NCBI GenBank assembly: GCA_044220955.1
Contig: JBGAQA010000027.1
Span: forward strand, 13,056 to 77,055
Direction of reading: 5' to 3'
DNA length: 64,000 bases
Origin: Sandaracinaceae bacterium
GTDB taxonomy: Bacteria > Myxococcota_A > Polyangia > Polyangiales > Sandaracinaceae
Below are positions 59,383-64,000 of this stretch, piece by piece (the first letter of the stretch is position 1; each line of letters opens with the position of its first letter). The position numbers and the translations under genes were made by a program. The notes under the pieces are model-generated. The model saw only the letters and a program-made list of their open reading frames with translations. It did no database searches and had not been told where the DNA came from.

Positions 59383-59951
59383 CTACTCCTGGCCGCCGTT
59401 TAGCTCGCGCAGGCGCGCAACGGATCGAACGAGGCCCTGCTCCTCGAGCCGAGCGAGCACCTCTTCGACCGTCATCGGCGGGTTCTTGAGCGCTGCGGCC
59501 TGCCGGCGAACGACCGCGAGCACCGCGCCAGGATCGACATCGACGAGATCGAGGACGAGGTCGTCCGGGTGCTGCGCCTCGACCCCATGCGTCGCGAGCT
59601 TCTCTGCGGGGAAGTCCTTCAGGTTGAAGGTCGCGATCGCCTGCGCGGCCCCGCGTACCGCGGCGGCAACGACGTGTCTGTCGTCGGGATCGGAAGCTCG
59701 ATGCGCTCGACCAGAGACTCGAAGGCCGTGACCTCGGCGTCGGGCAGCGCCCTCTTCATGAGCTCGCGCGTGCGCCGCAGAGCTTCAGGGTCCACGCCTT
59801 CGACCACTCGGAGCACGCTCCGCTCCCACTCGTCGAGGATGGTCTCGCTCCAGCGGGCTCGGATGAGCCCCGCGATCGCGAGGCGCATGAGGAAGTCACG
59901 CAGCGCGGCAGGATGGAGCACGCACGCGTCGAGGACGACGACGACCGCCAC
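59383..59951 (-). pseudogene. PIN-domain protein with C-terminal extension, 1-bp frameshift
   Basis: VVLDACVLHP...RWSETILDE; restoring one base near 59692 gives LPDPDDRHVVAAA...TFNLKDFP...HPDD...KNPP. Confidence 0.85.
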
Positions 59952-59954
59952 GGT

Positions 59955-60398
59955 TCAGTACCCGAGGCCGTGCTTCTGCGCGATGGCAGCGAGCTCGTCC
60001 ATCGCGCGCTCGCTCGCGGCGCGCGCTTCGTCGCGATACTTGAACACGTCGCGCGCGAGGACGCGGCGGTGCGTGCCGACCATGCGGAACGGGATCTGAC
60101 CGCCGTCGAGGAGCTGGACGAGGTACGGCCGCGAGACCTGCAGCAGGTCGGCCGCCTGTTGCGTCGTCAGCTCCGTGTGGACCGGCACGATCGTGACGGC
60201 GTTGCCCTCGGCCATCGCGCCGAGCACTCCGAGTAGGAGCTCGAACGCCTCGCGGGGGAGAACGACCTCGTCCCGCGCATCGGCCACGCGCAGGCGCACC
60301 GAGCGAGCCGCGCGTCGCTTCAGCGGGGCGAGAAGCCGCAGCGCGGTCTCCGCGGACTTCGCGGCTTCAGGCGTTGGAAGGGCGGACGTGGTGGACAT
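59955..60398 (-). CDS. Excisionase-like (Xis/MerR HTH) DNA-binding protein, putative antitoxin
   Basis: AMAEGNAVTIVP, LTTQQAADLL.VSRPYLV.LLD.G.IPF..VGTHRRV. Confidence 0.9.
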   Translation of the reverse strand: MSTTSALPTPEAAKSAETALRLLAPLKRRAARSVRLRVADARDEVVLPREAFELLLGVLGAMAEGNAVTIVPVHTELTTQQAADLLQVSRPYLVQLLDGGQIPFRMVGTHRRVLARDVFKYRDEARAASERAMDELAAIAQKHGLGY

Positions 60399-60404
60399 GT
60401 CGGA

Positions 60405-60448
60405 AGCATGAACGAAACAACCGCAACAGTCAAAGCAACCGAAACGCG
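60405..60448 (-). promoter_or_regulatory. Promoter with four 9-bp direct repeats
   Basis: TTGACT-17-CATGCT; units CGAAACAAC, CGCAACAGT, CAAAGCAAC, CGAAACGCG. Confidence 0.6.
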
Positions 60449-60649
60449 GCCCACCTCTGCACGGTCGTCGGCACGAGCCCGCGCGAGCACCAGTCGCGCG
60501 GGCTCACCCTTTCGCGCGCAGCCTCGCCTGCCGCTGACCGACGGACGCACTTCTCGGCCTCCCGCTCTACGGCGACGCCTCAGCCGATCGAACGAGCGTG
60601 GAGATCGAGAGCAGAGGGCCGTCGGATCACGACGCTGCCCGAGGGCCTA

Positions 60650-61056
60650 CAGGTGTCGTGATCGAAGGCGAGCCGCACGCGCAGCGCGAAGGGGAGCGAG
60701 AGCACCCACTGGCGGACGGGCACGCGCGGGAGCACGCGCGAGACGAGATCGCGCGCGCCTGCCGTCATGCGTCTGCCGATACACCGACCGACAGGGCCTA
60801 TAGCCAATTGGCTATAGGCCTTGCGGTGGCAGAAGCCGCGTCCCTTGCACGAGAGGGCGGTCACTCGCTCGTGGCCGCACCCATCGCATCGATACCGCGC
60901 GCAGCCGCGGGCGAGCACCCCGCAGTCGAGATGGCCGGTCAGCTCGTCACGGACGAAGGCGGGCAGCGGGTGGGCGCGCGGGAACGTGGGCAAGTGCCGG
61001 CGCAAGATCGCGTGCAGCGAGCGGCGCTGCGGATCGAGGGGGCTCGTGTCGCGCAC
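60650..61056 (-). mobile_element. IS91-family transposase Zn-binding domain remnant
   Basis: LPAFVRDE...LDCG.LARG....C..C......SCKGRGFC...C.GRRM, LPRVPVRQWVLSLP; catalytic domain absent. Confidence 0.85.
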
Positions 61057-61312
61057 GAGCGGGCGCAGGGCAGGGAGCGCTCCGGCGCTCGGCGGGGAAG
61101 ATCACGCGAGATCGTGGCGCCGAACGGCGGAGGTGGCGGCGGTCCGCCGCCGGTCGATCCGCTGCTCTCGAGCTGGCCCCTCACCCGACCTCTCCCCGTG
61201 AAGCGGCCTCGTCCGAGTGCTGCAAGAGCACCCTCAACTCGCGCGATGGGTTCGCGCGCTGCGAGAGCGTTCATGCGGCCAACGCCCCGCCGCTCACTTC
61301 GTTGACCTGCTC

Positions 61313-61999
61313 TCAGACAGGCCGGAGCTCCGGGAACGCGCGAGACAGCGCCGCCTCGTCGAAGCCGGCGCTCGGGTCCACCGGGATCCAGCGCGCAGCG
61401 TGGTGGAGGAGCTCGACCGTGCCGGGCGGCGTGATCGCCTCGAGCGCGCGGAGCAAGCCGTCCACGTCGTCGAACGAGGGCGCGTCGCGCAGCCCGCGCG
61501 CGACGATGGCGATCGCGAGGACGCCGAGCGCGCCGTGCGGTGTCGACAGCTGGCCGGCGCCATCGCGAAACCCCCGCGGCTCGGTGGATCGGTCGCGCGC
61601 GAGCAGCGCATCGAGAGCGACCTCGGCCATCGCGTCCGGCGCTGCACCGGATGCTGACGCAGGGCAGAAGATCGCGGCGCGCCGCGGACTCTCGGCCGTA
61701 CGCAGGTGCACGAGCGCTTCGAGCGCGATGGCATGACCGGACGGCGCGCCCCGCAGCGTGATCGTCTGCCGGACGCGTGACGAGAGCGGCAGCGCGATCA
61801 GCACGATCGCGATCTCCGGCGGCGCGTGTGCCGCACGAACGCGCGCTCCGAGGGCCGCGACCTCCGCGTCCGCCGCCGCCTTGCGCTCGAGGTAGGCGCG
61901 CTCGCTCGCTCGGGTCCGCGTGACCGCCAGCAGGTATCCGAGGCCCGCGGTCACGGCGGCGAACGCGATCATGATCCAGAGCGTGACGCCGGTGCTCAC
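61313..61999 (-). CDS. Membrane-anchored hypothetical protein
   Basis: N-terminal TM helix; open frame with GC3 bias. Confidence 0.55.
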   Translation of the reverse strand: MSTGVTLWIMIAFAAVTAGLGYLLAVTRTRASERAYLERKAAADAEVAALGARVRAAHAPPEIAIVLIALPLSSRVRQTITLRGAPSGHAIALEALVHLRTAESPRRAAIFCPASASGAAPDAMAEVALDALLARDRSTEPRGFRDGAGQLSTPHGALGVLAIAIVARGLRDAPSFDDVDGLLRALEAITPPGTVELLHHAARWIPVDPSAGFDEAALSRAFPELRPV

Positions 62000-62005
62000 G
62001 TCGCC

Positions 62006-62369
62006 TCAGCGCGGCGAGCCGTACGCGAGAAAGAGGACGCCTCCCGGCAGCGGGGCTGGATCGATCGGCGTGGTCCCGGCCAAGTACGCGCCTACGAGCG
62101 TGTCGTCGAGGGCATCGCCGTCGAAGTCGCCCACGCCGACGGCCATCCCGACGCGCTCGTCGGACGTGCCGCGCCAGGTCCGGTCGGTCATCGCGGTGGA
62201 GCGCGAGCGCAGAGGCCCGAAGACGAGGTCCACGCGGCCGTCCGCATCGTACGGCGAGCCGATCCAGAGATCGGTGGAGCCATCGCCATCCGCGTCCCCG
62301 ACGGCGAAGCTCGTCCCGAGGCCCGCCGAAGGAACCGCCGGCGTGATTTCGATTGCTGCGCTCGGGGCG
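62006..62369 (-). pseudogene. FG-GAP (integrin-like) repeat protein C-terminal fragment
   Basis: GDADGDGSTDLWIGSP and GDFDGDALDDTLVGA; 5' part missing. Confidence 0.75.
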
Positions 62370-62597
62370 TAGGAAGGATGAAGCACCTGTTTTCCCTCGC
62401 GAGTTGTCGTAACTCATGTTGGACCAAGCCGCTGCGCGGCAGCAAGAGCCACCGGGGAGCTCTTCGTGCGGCCGGGCCGCGCGTCGTCTTCGGCGTGATC
62501 CTCGTCGCGTAGCAGCACGCGCGGTCGCGTCGTCGTCTCGCATCGATCGACGCTGATCCTGCACCGCCCACGTCGGGCGGGCGGATCGGAGGTCGTC

Positions 62598-63488
62598 GTG
62601 AAGCCAGCCTCGAGGATCAAGCTCGCGGAGGAGTTCGCGCTGCGCGGAGTCGCGGACTCGACGCGGACCACGTACGTCGGGTGCATCGAGCGCTTCGAGA
62701 AGCAGTGCGGTGGGTCGGTCGAGCGGGTCGGCGCGGACACGGTGCGCGCGTTCTTGCTGCAGCTCGAGGAGCGCGGTGTCAGCCCCGTCACGTCGAACGT
62801 GTACGCCTCCGCGCTGCGCTTCGTCTACGGTGAGGTGCTGCATCGGCCGCGCGTGGTCGCGCTCGTGCCGTGGCGCAAGCTCGTCCGGCGCGTGATGGAG
62901 GTGCTCACGCCCGGTGAGGTGCATCGACTGCTGTCCGCGATCGCGTCGGTCGTGCACCGGACCGTGTGCGCCGTGAGCTACGGCACCGGCCTGCGTGTCC
63001 GCGAGGTGCTCGCGCTGCGCGTCGAGGATATCGACGCGTCGGCGGGCGTCATCCACGTCCGACACGGCAAGGGCGCGCGCCAGCGCGACGTGCCGCTCGG
63101 CGCGCGATTGCTCGGCGAGCTGCGCGCGTACTGGCGCAAGGCGCGTCCACCCGGTGCTGAGCTGTTTCCCGGGCGCGCCGGTGCGGGCACGACGCTGACG
63201 GCGGAGGCCGCGTGGATCGGCGTCCGCAAGGCGCGCGTGACGGCGGGGCTGACCGGTCGCGTGATCACACCGCACACGCTGCGGCACTCGTTCGCCACGC
63301 ACCTGCTCGAGCAGGGCACCGACCTTCGCACCGTGCAGATCCTCGCGGCGCTCGACGACGCGCATCGGCGCGGCGAGCTCCGTCTGCCCGACGACCTCGC
63401 CGACCCTCTCGCCTTCGGGCAGCTGCGCGCGACGCTCAGCAAGACGAGCTGGATCACCTACGCCACCCTCGCGATGGCCACGCGGTAG
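62598..63488 (+). mobile_element. Tyrosine recombinase truncated before the catalytic H/Y and fused to an IS91-type transposase fragment
   Basis: YGTGLR..E, GKG, PHTLRHSFATHLLE.GTDLRTVQIL; no LGH...Y; tail RRGELRLPDDLADP.AF..L..L....WITYA. Confidence 0.8.
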
Positions 63489-63629
63489 GGGAGGGGCATG
63501 GTGGGTCGAAGGCTCGCGCTCGCTCCTGGCGTCGCCGTCGCGCTGCTCGGCGCAGGCTGCACGGCGTCGATGCGGGGCGAGCCGCAACGTTGGACCGGAT
63601 CGCGGCACCAACAGCGAGTCCCGCGATGA

Positions 63630-64000
63630 CGCGTCTCCGAGCGCCCGGGCCTCTCCGCCCTCGCGCGCTCGGTCGCCCTCGCCGCGTGGATCGGCGGCGG
63701 CATCGTGGGCCTCGCGTGGCTCGAGCGCCGGGTCGAGCGCCTGAATCCGCAGCGCGTGCTCCTGCTCGGCACGGTGGTGTGCGCCGCGGCCATCCTCGGG
63801 CTGGCGCGCACGCACGACGCGGCGCCCGCGTGCGGGCTCCTCGCGCTGATCGGCGCGACCTCGAGCACCTTCCACCCGCTGGTGAAGGCCCGCGCCTACG
63901 CGTCGCTCCCGGGCCGCCCCGCGCTCGTCAACGCCGTCGCGAGCGCGCTCGTCCCGCTCGACGCGCTCGCCCCGCTCGTCCTCGGCGCCATCGCGGTCCA
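63630..64000 (+). pseudogene. MFS-like transporter C-terminal fragment (runs off window)
   Basis: Hydrophobic frame ...WIGGGIVGL...FHPLVKARAYASLPGR...APLVLG; in-frame TGA at 63627 and no start. Confidence 0.5.

Noticed and set aside
61267..63488. Integron (IntI plus attC cassettes); GGTCAAC...GTTGGCC near 61277-61307
   Set aside because: The recombinase lacks the IntI-specific insertion; the candidate site is only about 31 bp and not repeated

Overview
Very GC-rich, densely coded chromosomal segment. The Cys-rich/DAG-repeat lipoproteins, TPR-PEGA and FHA proteins suggest a myxobacterium, probably Polyangiales/Sandaracinus-like; this is inference. Bases 1-58 kb hold mostly intact genes: a class-III aminotransferase-LuxE-LuxC-like operon, DUF444, a TPR-PEGA/Cys-rich lipoprotein pair, a partial complex I cluster (nuoABCD-G-H-I), an RHH-PIN toxin-antitoxin pair, a Cys/Met PLP enzyme, an ArnT-like GT-C protein, a SulP-STAS-carbonic anhydrase fusion plus a second SulP, a di-haem MauG/CcP protein, a TPR-dynamin, rpoN-hpf-ptsN, two tandem Pro-rich bitopic paralogues, a GMC oxidoreductase, DUF58-transglutaminase-MoxR-TPR, YebC, GH114 and GH13 lipoproteins, two acyltransferase-3 paralogues, a cyclophilin, and CBS and cupin proteins. 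Bases 58.2-64 kb are a decayed mobile zone with frameshifted genes, IS91-type transposase remnants and a truncated tyrosine recombinase fused to a transposase fragment. The most notable signals are: TANNNT boxes 6-9 nt before at least 11 start codons (candidate leaderless mRNAs), a lipoprotein signal peptide built from a (Leu-Ser)13 microsatellite, a candidate RPP-ended leader peptide before the SulP/CA operon, a 145-bp palindromic element, and a 26-bp perfect palindrome inside a transposase Zn finger. No rRNA, tRNA or CRISPR array was recognised. All family calls come from motif recognition by eye, not from database searches.
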